NCBI GenBank assembly: GCA_963827755.1
Contig: CAWHCQ010000017.1
Location: 32,001 to 96,000 of the forward strand
Source: an uncultured Gammaproteobacteria bacterium
Lineage (GTDB): Bacteria > Pseudomonadota > Gammaproteobacteria > UBA9214
Length of the DNA: 64,000 nt
Direction of reading: 5' to 3'
Shown here: positions 1 through 8,796 of the stretch, piece by piece
Numbering within the stretch: position 1 is the first letter of the stretch
How the letters are laid out: each line of letters opens with the position of its first letter
The notes under the pieces: generated by a model
Database searches by the model: none
The model's input: only the letters and a program-made list of their open reading frames with translations
Told to the model about the DNA's origin: nothing
Position numbers and translations under genes: made by a program

Positions 1-234
1 CCCATTGAACTGACCCCGGTCGAGTTTCGCCTGCTTGAAGTGTTGATGTCGCAGCCGGGTCGCGTCTATTCACGCGCCAGCCTGATGGATGCCATCTATA
101 CCGATAACCGGGTCGTCACCGACCGGACCGTTGACAGTCATGTCAAGAACCTGCGCCGCAAACTCCAGGCGGTGATGCCGGCGGAAGAAATTATTCGTTC
201 GATCTACGGGGTGGGCTACAAGCTGGAGCTGTAG
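1..234 (+). CDS. OmpR-family response regulator, C-terminal winged-helix domain (BaeR-like), 5'-truncated by the window edge
   Basis: Frame 1 reads PIELTPVEFRLLEVLMSQPGRVYSR...DRTVDSHVKNLRRKL...IRSIYGVGYKL, a typical trans_reg_C motif. Confidence 0.85.
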   Translation, partial: PIELTPVEFRLLEVLMSQPGRVYSRASLMDAIYTDNRVVTDRTVDSHVKNLRRKLQAVMPAEEIIRSIYGVGYKLEL

Positions 235-300
235 GTTTTGCAGCGGTGCAGGATGCCTGAAATACACCCCGAGACTTATTTATGTTGAACCGGAGGCGCT

Positions 301-1800
301 CTACAGGATGCGATCCAGTTTGCGGTAGTTGATGGCTTCGGCCAGGTGTTGTGTGTAGATGTCACCCGATGCATTCATGTCTGCAATGGTGCGCGCCAGT
401 TTAAGGATGCGGTGATAGGCGCGGGCAGACAGTTGCAGTTTTTCGATGGCCCGTTGCAGCAGCGAGCGGTCCGGGCTTTGCAATGTACATATGTCATCGA
501 TTTGCCGATGCGACAGCTGGCTGTTGAGGGTGTCGTTGCGCTGCAGTTGCAGGCTGCGCGCCCCGGTTACGCGTTCACGCACCACGGCGCTTGTTTCACC
601 TTCTGGCCCCTGCATCTCGACAAACGACAGGCGTGGCACCTCGACATGCATGTCGATACGGTCGAGCAGCGGGCCGGACACCCTGTTCCGGTAACGTATC
701 ACCTGCTCGCTGGTGCAATGGCAGCGCCCGGACTTGTCGCCGAGGTAGCCGCAGGGGCAGGGGTTCATGGCGGCAATCAGTTGAAACCGTGCCGGGAATT
801 CGGTCTGCCGCCTGGCGCGCGAAATCATGATGCGCCCGGACTCCAGCGGCTCGCGCAACACCTCCAGTACCTGCCGGTTGAATTCCGGTAGTTCGTCGAG
901 AAACAGCACGCCGTGATGGGCCAGCGAAATCTCCCCCGGTTGCGGGTTGGAGCCGCCACCTACCAGCGCGGCGGCGGAAGCGCTGTGATGCGGTGCGCGA
1001 AAGGCGCGTCGTTTCCAGGTGCGGCAGTCAACGGACTGGCGGCTGATCGATGCGATCGTTGCGGCCTGCAGTGCTTCCGTCTCAGTCATCTCCGGCAGGA
1101 TACCGGGCAGGCGGCTGGCAAGCAGGGACTTGCCGGTACCCGGCGGCCCCGACATCAGCAGGCTGTGTCCGCCGGCGGCGGCAATTTCCAGGGCGCGCCG
1201 CGCCTGATGCTGGCCGCGCACATCGGCCAGGTCGGGCAAGTCGGCAGCACCGGCCGCAACAAGGGCTGCCGGTGTGTAATCGATCAGTGCCGTTTTATTC
1301 AGGTGCCGGGTGAGTTCGAGCAGGTGGTGTGCAGGCACCAGGCTGGCGCCCTTGACAAGACCGGCCTCGGCGGCATTTTCCAGCGGCAGGACTAGTACAC
1401 GCTGCGCCTTTTTTGTGTGCAGGGCCATCGGCAAGATCCCCTGCACCGCGCGCAGGTGGGCGGACAGGGCGAGTTCCCCGGCAAATTCGTACTGCGGCAG
1501 GTCGTTGCCGGGGATCTGGGCGGAGGCAGCGAGAATACCGATGGCAATCGGCAGGTCATAGCGGCCGCCTTCCTTGGGCAGGTCCGCCGGTGCCAGGTTG
1601 ATCGTGATGCGGCGCGCCGGGAAATCGAAATGCGAATTGAGAATGGCGCCGCGTACCCGGTCCTTGCTTTCCTTGACGGCGGTTTCAGCCAGTCCAACGA
1701 TCGACAGTCTCGGCAGGCCGTTGGACAAATGCACCTCGACGGTGACCAGCGGGGCATCCATCCCGACTTGCGCGCGGCTGTAGACAATCGCGAGTGACAT
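301..1800 (-). CDS. comM: YifB/ComM Mg-chelatase-like AAA+ ATPase
   Basis: 499 aa; N-terminal SLAIVYSRAQVG, INLAPADLPKEGGRYDL, Walker A GPPGTGKS, FLDELPEF, AAMNPCPCG. Confidence 0.93.
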   Translation of the reverse strand: MSLAIVYSRAQVGMDAPLVTVEVHLSNGLPRLSIVGLAETAVKESKDRVRGAILNSHFDFPARRITINLAPADLPKEGGRYDLPIAIGILAASAQIPGNDLPQYEFAGELALSAHLRAVQGILPMALHTKKAQRVLVLPLENAAEAGLVKGASLVPAHHLLELTRHLNKTALIDYTPAALVAAGAADLPDLADVRGQHQARRALEIAAAGGHSLLMSGPPGTGKSLLASRLPGILPEMTETEALQAATIASISRQSVDCRTWKRRAFRAPHHSASAAALVGGGSNPQPGEISLAHHGVLFLDELPEFNRQVLEVLREPLESGRIMISRARRQTEFPARFQLIAAMNPCPCGYLGDKSGRCHCTSEQVIRYRNRVSGPLLDRIDMHVEVPRLSFVEMQGPEGETSAVVRERVTGARSLQLQRNDTLNSQLSHRQIDDICTLQSPDRSLLQRAIEKLQLSARAYHRILKLARTIADMNASGDIYTQHLAEAINYRKLDRIL

Positions 1801-1907
1801 TTCCTGTCCCGGGGTGTGAAAAACGCAGCATAGGAGAATGTGTCTTCCTCAAGCAGGTCCCGTGACCGACAAGGCCTGTCGGACGATGCTGAAAAAGCGG
1901 TGGTTAG

Positions 1908-2131
1908 TCGCGGATTAGATCCGCTCCTACGCAGGGGTGGGTTGTTCATCGCGGATTAGATCCGCTCCTACAGCGCGAATGGTTTTTATGCGGGTGTTGA
2001 TCGCGGATTAGATCCGCTCCTCAGCGCGAATGGTTTTATGCGGGTGATTGATCGCGGATTAGATCCGCTCCTACAGCGCGAATGGGATCATGCGCGAATG
2101 GTTAGTTATCGCGGATTAGATCCGCTCCTAC
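1908..2131 (-). repeat. Tandem array of five 23-bp GTAG-type REPs (GTAGGAGCGGATCTAATCCGCGA on the minus strand)
   Basis: tcgcggattagatccgctcctac at 1908-1930, 1949-1971, 2001-2022 (1-nt deletion), 2052-2074 and 2109-2131; internal hairpin GCGGAT-cta-ATCCGC. Confidence 0.93.
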
Positions 2132-2147
2132 AGGTGGATGTGTCATT

Positions 2148-2170
2148 GTAGGAGCGCTTCTCAAGCGCGA
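2148..2170 (+). repeat. Variant REP, inverted relative to the array
   Basis: GTAGGAGCGCTTCTCAAGCGCGA: same GTAGGAGCG start and CGCGA end, different stem GCGCTT-ctc-AAGCGC. Confidence 0.8.
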
Positions 2171-2190
2171 TTCGTGATATTCCTGTTTGC

Positions 2191-2655
2191 ATGATTGGAA
2201 AACACCGTGCCTGTGATTTACGCAAAGGAAGGATATCACTGCCTGGTCAGCTTTATCTGGTTACAACGGTTACGAGTGGCAGGAAGGCCCTGTTTGCCAA
2301 CTTCCATGCAGGTCGTGTGGTGGTGCGGGAAATCAGGCGTTCTGAATGTTTCGGCTGGACTGACACCCTCGCATTCGTGATCATGCCGGATCATATCCAC
2401 TGGCTGTTCTCCATACAAAAAGATATTTCGCTGTCGTGCGTTGTCGGGACCGTGAAACGTCATTCAGCCAGGAAGATTAATGATTTGATTAGAAGTCGAG
2501 GATCACCTGTCTGGCAACAGGGCTTCCATGACCATGCTCTGCGCAGGGAGGAGGATGCAGTTCATGTTGCACGGTATATCGTGGCAAATCCGTTACGCGC
2601 AGGGCTTGTAGGCCGAATCGGTGATTATCCGTTATGGGATGCGGCATGGTTGTAG
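2191..2655 (+). mobile_element. rayT: REP-associated tyrosine transposase (RAYT/TnpA-REP, Y1 HUH family)
   Basis: 154 aa; LRKGR..YLVT, HUH motif MPDHIHWL, WQQGFHDHALR, catalytic Tyr in YIVANPLRAGLV; REPs on both sides. Confidence 0.92.
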
Positions 2656-2685
2656 GGGAAGGGATATCCACGTAGCTGGATTTGA

Positions 2686-2789
2686 TCGCGGATTAGATCC
2701 GCTCCTACGGGGTTTTGGTTCATTGCAATCGCGAAGCAAACCAGGCAGATGCAATGATTGGCCACTGTAGGAGCGGATCTAATCCGCGA
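2686..2789. repeat. Inverted REP doublet (REPIN-like) downstream of rayT
   Basis: tcgcggattagatccgctcctac 2686-2708 and its reverse complement 2767-2789, GTAG ends facing inward. Confidence 0.9.
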
Positions 2790-2807
2790 TTTGCTCCTTT
2801 AGCTTGA

Positions 2808-3053
2808 TTAGCGCTGTGTCTCTTCCAGTTCCGCGACGGTCTTTTCGAGGTGTTCGAGTTTCTCGCGGGTGCGCGCCAGGACGCGTGACTGGGCGTCGAA
2901 TTCTTCCCGGGTGACCAGGTCCAGTTTGGCGAGGGTGCCCTCCAGCAGGGTGCGGATGTTTTTGCTCACGTCCGCCTGCATTTCCTTCATCCCGGCGGGG
3001 ATGGTGGCGCTGATCTGGCGGGCAAGGTCGTCGATGAGTTTCATGGTTGACAT
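2808..3053 (-). CDS. ubiK: Ubiquinone biosynthesis accessory factor UbiK (YqiC/BMFP family)
   Basis: 81 aa with KLDLVTREEFDAQ..VLARTREKL..LE motif; conserved comM-ubiK-glnK neighbourhood. Confidence 0.88.
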   Translation of the reverse strand: MSTMKLIDDLARQISATIPAGMKEMQADVSKNIRTLLEGTLAKLDLVTREEFDAQSRVLARTREKLEHLEKTVAELEETQR

Positions 3054-3099
3054 GCCCTCACCATAGTCGATTCGCGGGTTTTGCGTCCAGCCTCACGGC

Positions 3100-3159
3100 T
3101 GCACTGAAACAGTGCACTGTAGCGGGGCGTGCGGGCCCTGTATGCACTGTTATCGTGCG
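3100..3159. promoter_or_regulatory. Two NtrC-type enhancer sites
   Basis: TGCACTGAAACAGTGCA (3100-3116, palindromic arms) and TGCACTGTTATCGTGCG (3143-3159) resemble TGCACC-N5-GGTGCA; upstream of a sigma54 promoter and glnK-amt. Confidence 0.8.
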
Positions 3160-3225
3160 TGGCTCACCAGGTATTGTGCCTCCATAACAGAATAACCTAT
3201 TGAATATATATATGAAATATATAAG

Positions 3226-3241
3226 TGGCACGGTTTCTGCT
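3226..3241 (+). promoter_or_regulatory. Sigma54 -24/-12 promoter of the porin-glnK-amt operon
   Basis: TGGCACGGTTTCTGCT matches TGGCAC-N5-TTGCW with one mismatch; AT-rich spacer between it and the NtrC sites. Confidence 0.85.
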
Positions 3242-3328
3242 ATTGGTAAAGTGATTTTCCCCTTTTTACGCAGTTGAAGTGGTTGTCATTGCACAGTGTT
3301 TAACCACAACTTAAATGGAGATAGAGAC

Positions 3329-4071
3329 ATGATGAAGAAAACTTTACTTGCAGCGGCAATGCTGGCGACCTCTTCGGCGGCACTTGCTGAAATCAGCGGC
3401 AACGTAACACTGGCCACTGATTACGTGTTCCGTGGTATTTCACAAACGGATAACCAGATGGCCATCCAGGGTGGTTTGGATTACGCGTGGGATAACGGTT
3501 TTTACGTAGGCACCTGGGCTTCAAACGTGGATTCGAGTTTTTTCGATAATGGACGTGACCCGCAGATCGAACTTGATATGTATGGCGGTTACAGTGGTGA
3601 GTACGATGATTTTGGCTATGACGTGGGATATCTGCGCTACCAGTATCCCAGTAGCGACAATGTGAACACCAACGAAGTTTATGTCTCTGGTACTTATATG
3701 GGGTTAACAGTGTCACTTAACTATTCCGATGAGTTGCAGTTCATACTTTCGGACCAGAGTGCCTGGTACTTCAAAGACCTCTTACGAGCAGACATTGCCG
3801 TGGTATGACATCGGCATCTCTACGCATGTCGGCCATAACTTCGGTGATGCCTTTGATGTGGGTATATCTGACTTGTTAAAGGCGACTCAGGTCTTCAAGA
3901 TTCCTATACTGACTGGAGCATCGGCGTGTCCAAGAGCTGGATGGGTGTTGATTTCGGGCTGACTTATACTGATCTCACCGACATCAAGTTTTCAGACTGC
4001 TGACCGAATCGAAGTGTACGGCTAACTGGTGTGACAGCAAGGTCGTATTTACCGTTGGTAAAAGTCTTTAA
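3329..4071 (+). CDS. TorF-family putative outer-membrane porin (TIGR02001-like), broken by several frameshifts
   Basis: Signal peptide MMKKTLLAAAMLA; ISGNVTLATDYVFRGISQT, AIQGGLDY, GFYVGTWASNVD; continues in other frames (DSYTDWSIGVSK, VFTVGKSL*) to TAA at 4069-4071. Confidence 0.8.
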
Positions 4072-4084
4072 TCTGATGACAAAG

Positions 4085-4110
4085 CCTGCCCTTCGGGGCA
4101 GGTGTTTTTA
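4085..4110 (+). terminator. Stem-loop between the porin gene and glnK (weak terminator or mRNA stabiliser)
   Basis: cctgccc-ttcg-gggcagg followed by tgttttta. Confidence 0.5.
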
Positions 4111-4124
4111 ATATTAAGGAGTAA

Positions 4125-4469
<345 letters not shown>

Positions 4470-4492
4470 TCACATAGACGGAGGAGATTCAA

Positions 4493-5757
4493 GTGGAAGC
4501 ATTAACTGAAGTGAAGTATGCGCTGGACACCTTTTACTTTTTGATGACGGGTGTCCTCGTAATGTGGATGGCCGCAGGCTTTTCGATGCTCGAGGCAGGT
4601 ATGGTGCGTGCCAAAAACACGGCCGAAATTCTGACCAAGAATATTTCCCTGTTTGCCGTCGCCAGCATTATGTACATGCTGGCGGGATACAGCATTATGT
4701 ATCCGGGCGAGGCCGTCAATGCATGGTGGCCTGGTTTTGGCGACATCCTGGGAAAGACCGACAATACGGCAGCTGAAGTACTGGCCAGTGGCGGGGATAC
4801 CTATTATTCCGGCCTGTCTGACTTCTTCTTCCAGGTTGTGTTCGTCGCAACCGCCATGTCGATTGTCTCGGGTGCCGTTGCGGAACGCATGAAGCTGTGG
4901 GCATTCCTTTTCTTTGCGGTGGTCATGACCGGTTTCATTTACCCGTTGCAGGGTTACTGGAAGTGGGGCGGCGGCGGCCTGGATGCACTCGGCTTCCTCG
5001 ACTTCGCCGGTTCCGGCGTGGTGCATTTGTGTGGTGCAACGGCAGCGTTTGCCGGTGTGCTGCTGCTCGGAGCTCGTAAGGGCAAATACCGTTCCGATGG
5101 TTCGATCAACCCGATACCAGGTGCGAACATGCCGCTGGCAACCCTCGGTACCTTCATCCTCTGGATGGGCTGGTTCGGCTTCAACGGTGGTTCAGAGCTG
5201 GTTATTTCCGATGTCGCAGAGGCCAACAATGTCGCGCTGGTATTCGTGAATACCAATATGGCAGCAGCCGGTGGCGTGATTGCCGCGATGCTGACCGCAC
5301 GCATGTTGTTCGGCAAGACCGATCTGACCATGGCGCTCAACGGCGCACTGGCCGGCCTGGTTGCCATTACTGCCGAACCGCTGACGCCGACGCCGCTGCT
5401 TGCCACCATTATCGGTGCCATCGGTGGTGTCATCGTGGTGTTCTCCATCATCAGCCTCGACAAGATGAAGCTGGATGATCCGGTCGGTGCCATCTCGGTG
5501 CACGGTGTGGTCGGTATGTGGGGGCTGCTCGCGGTTGTCCTCTCCAATCCGGATGCAACCCTGGTCGCACAGTTGACCGGACTCGGCGTGATCTTTGCCT
5601 GGACCCTGGTGGCCAGCCTGATCACCTGGGGCATTATCAAGATGGTGATTGGTATCCGCGTCAGCGAGGAAGAGGAATACGCAGGTGTCGACCTTATCTG
5701 AATGTGGCCTGGAGGCTTACCCTGAGTTTGTCGGTTCGCAGGGTTCCGGTAAGTAGT
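4493..5757 (+). CDS. amt: Ammonium transporter (copy 1), frameshift near the C-terminus
   Basis: DFAGSGVVH, GWFGFNGGS, DDPVGAISVHG; ORF stops at 5701 but the family tail ECGLEAYPEF continues in another frame to TAG at 5757. Confidence 0.93.
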
Positions 5758-5795
5758 CTTTAAAACCGGGTAAGAAGTAAGAAGTTAGTAGTATT

Positions 5796-5824
5796 AAACG
5801 GGCGCTTCGGCGCCCGTTTTTTTT
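5796..5824 (+). terminator. Rho-independent terminator
   Basis: aaacgggcgc-ttcg-gcgcccgttt plus T-run. Confidence 0.85.
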
Positions 5825-5829
5825 ATCAT

Positions 5830-6328
<499 letters not shown>

Positions 6329-6366
6329 AAATTTTCGAATAACCTATTCAACCGGGGAGAATTCCA

Positions 6367-7668
6367 ATGAGTTTTATCAAACCCAAAGGGCTGTCAGCCC
6401 TCCTTCTGAGCCTGTTCGCGGCCAGTATGCCGGCATTGGCAATGGCCGATGAACTCAGCAGTGGCGATACGGGGTGGATCCTGACGTCTACCGCACTGGT
6501 ATTGTTCATGACCATTCCGGGACTCGCGCTGTTCTATGCCGGACTGGTGCGCAGCAAGAATGTGCTCTCTGTTTTAATGCAGTGTTTTGCCATTACCTGC
6601 ATGGTGTCCATCCTCTGGTTTGCCTACGGCTATAACCTGGCCTTCGGTGATGGCGGCTACATGAATCAGTGGATGGGTGGTTTCGGCAACCTGTTCATGT
6701 CGAATGTCGACCGCGACAGTATGAGCGGCACCATTCCGGAGAGCGTGTTCGCGATGTTCCAGATGACTTTTGCCATTATTACACCGGCGCTGATCGTCGG
6801 CGGTTTTGCCGAGCGCATGAAGTTCTCGGCCATGCTGCTGTTTTCCGCTATCTGGTTGACCGTTGTCTATGCGCCGGTCTGTCACTGGGTCTGGGGTGGC
6901 GGCTGGCTTGCCGATATGGGCCTGCTGGACTTTGCCGGCGGTACGGTGGTGCATATCAATGCCGGTGTTGCGGCCATTGTTGCCGCCTTGGTGCTGGGCA
7001 GTCGCAAGGGCTTTGGCGAGGTAGCCATGCCACCGCACAACATGACCATGACCGTGGCGGGTGCTGCAATGCTCTGGGTCGGCTGGTTCGGTTTCAACGC
7101 CGGCAGTGCGCTGGCGGCGAACGGTGATGCCGGCATGGCCATGCTGGTCACGCATATCGGCGCGGCATCCGGTTCACTGGCATGGATGTTCATGGAGTGG
7201 GTGCGCCACGGCAAGCCGAGTGTGCTGGGTATCGTCACCGGCATGGTCGCCGGTCTCGGAACGATCACCCCGGCATCCGGTTTTGTCGGCCCGATGGGTG
7301 CGCTGATTATCGGCCTGACGGCGGGCGTGGTCTGCTACACGGCGACCAGCTTCATCAAGCGGACGCTGAAGATCGATGATTCCCTTGACGTGTTCCCGGT
7401 GCACGGTGTCGGCGGCGTGCTCGGGACCATGCTGGCCGGTGTATTTGTTGCCATCATGGGCGGCGTCGGCCTGGCGGAAGGCGTGACCATGGGTGACCAG
7501 GTGTGGGTGCAGTTTGTGGGTGTTGCGGCCACGATCGTTTATTGCGGTGTTTTGACCTGGGTCATTCTCAAGGTAGTTGATTTGATCGTTGGTCTTCGTG
7601 TCAGCGGGGATGAAGAGACCGAGGGTCTTGATATCGTGCTGCACGACGAGACGGGTTATAACCTGTAG
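6367..7668 (+). CDS. amtB: Ammonium transporter AmtB (E. coli-like, with signal peptide)
   Basis: 433 aa; PGLALFYAGLVRSKN, FQMTFAIIT, DFAGGTVVHINAG, GWFGFNAGS, DDSLDVFPVHG. Confidence 0.95.
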   Translation: MSFIKPKGLSALLLSLFAASMPALAMADELSSGDTGWILTSTALVLFMTIPGLALFYAGLVRSKNVLSVLMQCFAITCMVSILWFAYGYNLAFGDGGYMNQWMGGFGNLFMSNVDRDSMSGTIPESVFAMFQMTFAIITPALIVGGFAERMKFSAMLLFSAIWLTVVYAPVCHWVWGGGWLADMGLLDFAGGTVVHINAGVAAIVAALVLGSRKGFGEVAMPPHNMTMTVAGAAMLWVGWFGFNAGSALAANGDAGMAMLVTHIGAASGSLAWMFMEWVRHGKPSVLGIVTGMVAGLGTITPASGFVGPMGALIIGLTAGVVCYTATSFIKRTLKIDDSLDVFPVHGVGGVLGTMLAGVFVAIMGGVGLAEGVTMGDQVWVQFVGVAATIVYCGVLTWVILKVVDLIVGLRVSGDEETEGLDIVLHDETGYNL

Positions 7669-7692
7669 TTTCAGGTTATTTCCGGTATAGGG

Positions 7693-7719
7693 ACGGGCGC
7701 TTCGGCGCCCGTTTTTTTT
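7693..7719 (+). terminator. Rho-independent terminator, same hairpin as after amt copy 1
   Basis: acgggcgc-ttcg-gcgcccgt plus T-run. Confidence 0.85.
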
Positions 7720-7730
7720 GTTTTGTCTAT

Positions 7731-8523
7731 TTGTTGGGGCGCCTTGCAGGCGCTGGTTTTATTTGATGCGGGCTCTCGCGCCCGCCGGCGAGATACTTTT
7801 CTTTGCTTCGCCAAAGAAACGTATCCAAAAGAAAGGCGACCCGGAGGTGCAGCCCGAATACTCATTTTCAATGAGTATTCGGGTTCCCTGCGCTTCTCGC
7901 GAAAACCGGCGCATGCGCAACTCGCAATCTCGCTGCGCTCGAAAGCTCAGACAGGGCGCATGCTTCATCCGGTTTTCACTGCGATGCTCGGCTGCGCCTA
8001 CGGGAGGGGTAGATCAAACTCCAATCGGTGAGCCAGGTAGGATGGGTAAAGCGCAGCGTACCCATCAGGGTTCGGTGCTTTGATGGGTACGGCCTTCGGC
8101 CTTACCCATCCTACATAAAGGGAGTTGTGATTTACCCTCCCCGTAGCACTCACCGAGTACCGCAGCCAATCCGGGGAATAGCCGCGCACCCTGTCTGAGC
8201 TTTCGAGCGCAGCGAGATTGCGAGTTGTGCGCGGCCCCCGGATTGGCGAGGAACGCACGGGCAAGGCTGCGAGCGGCCTTGTAGTTCAAGCGGTGAGTGC
8301 TCCGGGTGCCTTTCTCTTTGGGTACTTTCTCTTGGGCAAGGCTGCGAAGCGGCCTTGTATATTCACGAAAGTACCTCGCCGCGCGGGCGCGAGAGCCCGC
8401 ATCCAATAAAACCGCGCCTGCAAGGCGCTCCAACAAAGAAATCGGCGGAGCGGAGAAAGGTGCCTCGCCGTGCGGGCAGCGAAAGCCCGCATCAAAAAAA
8501 ACCAGCGCCTGCAAGGCGCCCCC
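7731..8523. repeat. Large structured bipartite non-coding repeat element, copy 1: arm A 7731-8022, central REP doublet, inverted arm B 8121-8436, partial extra outer unit 8439-8523
   Basis: Arm A near-identical to 31574-31856; arm B near-identical to 31873-32148 apart from two local replacements; A and B are inverted homologues with compensatory stems. Confidence 0.9.
8037..8114. repeat. REP doublet of a second GTAG family (GTAGGATGGGTA...TACCCATC)
   Basis: GTAGGATGGGTAAAGCGCAGCGTACCCATCA ... TGATGGGTACGGCCTTCGGCCTTACCCATCCTAC; GTAG at the outer ends. Confidence 0.85.
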
Positions 8524-8531
8524 AATGGCTC

Positions 8532-8768
8532 CTACAATTTATTATGTGTCCCGTCGCAAAACGGCTTATCACTGCTGTGCTTGCAGCCGCATAGCCAGAC
8601 TTTGGTCTTTTCCGTGAGTTCGAATTTCACCGGGGTAAACTCGCTTCCCTTGTGCGAGCCGTCACAGAACGGCTGGTTTTTTGACTTGCCGCAGGCGCAC
8701 CACCAGTAGCTGCCCGCTTCCAGTTCCTGTTCATAGGGTGATTTTTGTGCAATGGTTGGCTCTGCCAT
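8532..8768 (-). CDS. CDGSH iron-sulfur domain protein (two CDGSH motifs)
   Basis: WCACGKSKNQPFCDGSH and LCGCKHSSDKPFCDGTH; start taken at MAEPTI (8768). Confidence 0.92.
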   Translation of the reverse strand: MAEPTIAQKSPYEQELEAGSYWWCACGKSKNQPFCDGSHKGSEFTPVKFELTEKTKVWLCGCKHSSDKPFCDGTHNKL

Positions 8769-8796
8769 GATGATTCCCGTTATAGAATAAAGAATC

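Noticed and set aside
1908-2131. CRISPR array
   Set aside because: The repeat is a GTAG REP that also occurs as inverted doublets, the spacers resemble each other, the adjacent gene is a RAYT, and there are no cas genes.
5699-5701. Selenocysteine read-through of the amt1 TGA
   Set aside because: The conserved tail is in a different frame, so this is an indel and not read-through.
7731-8436. Group I/II intron, tRNA or known riboswitch identity for the arms
   Set aside because: No group II domain V or GUGCG start, no cloverleaf, no recognisable aptamer; the element is intergenic and occurs as inverted pairs.
7671-8617. Many 60-150 aa ORFs over the large element (and at 31442-32220)
   Set aside because: They overlap on both strands and differ between copies by frame-breaking indels; conservation follows base pairing, not codons.
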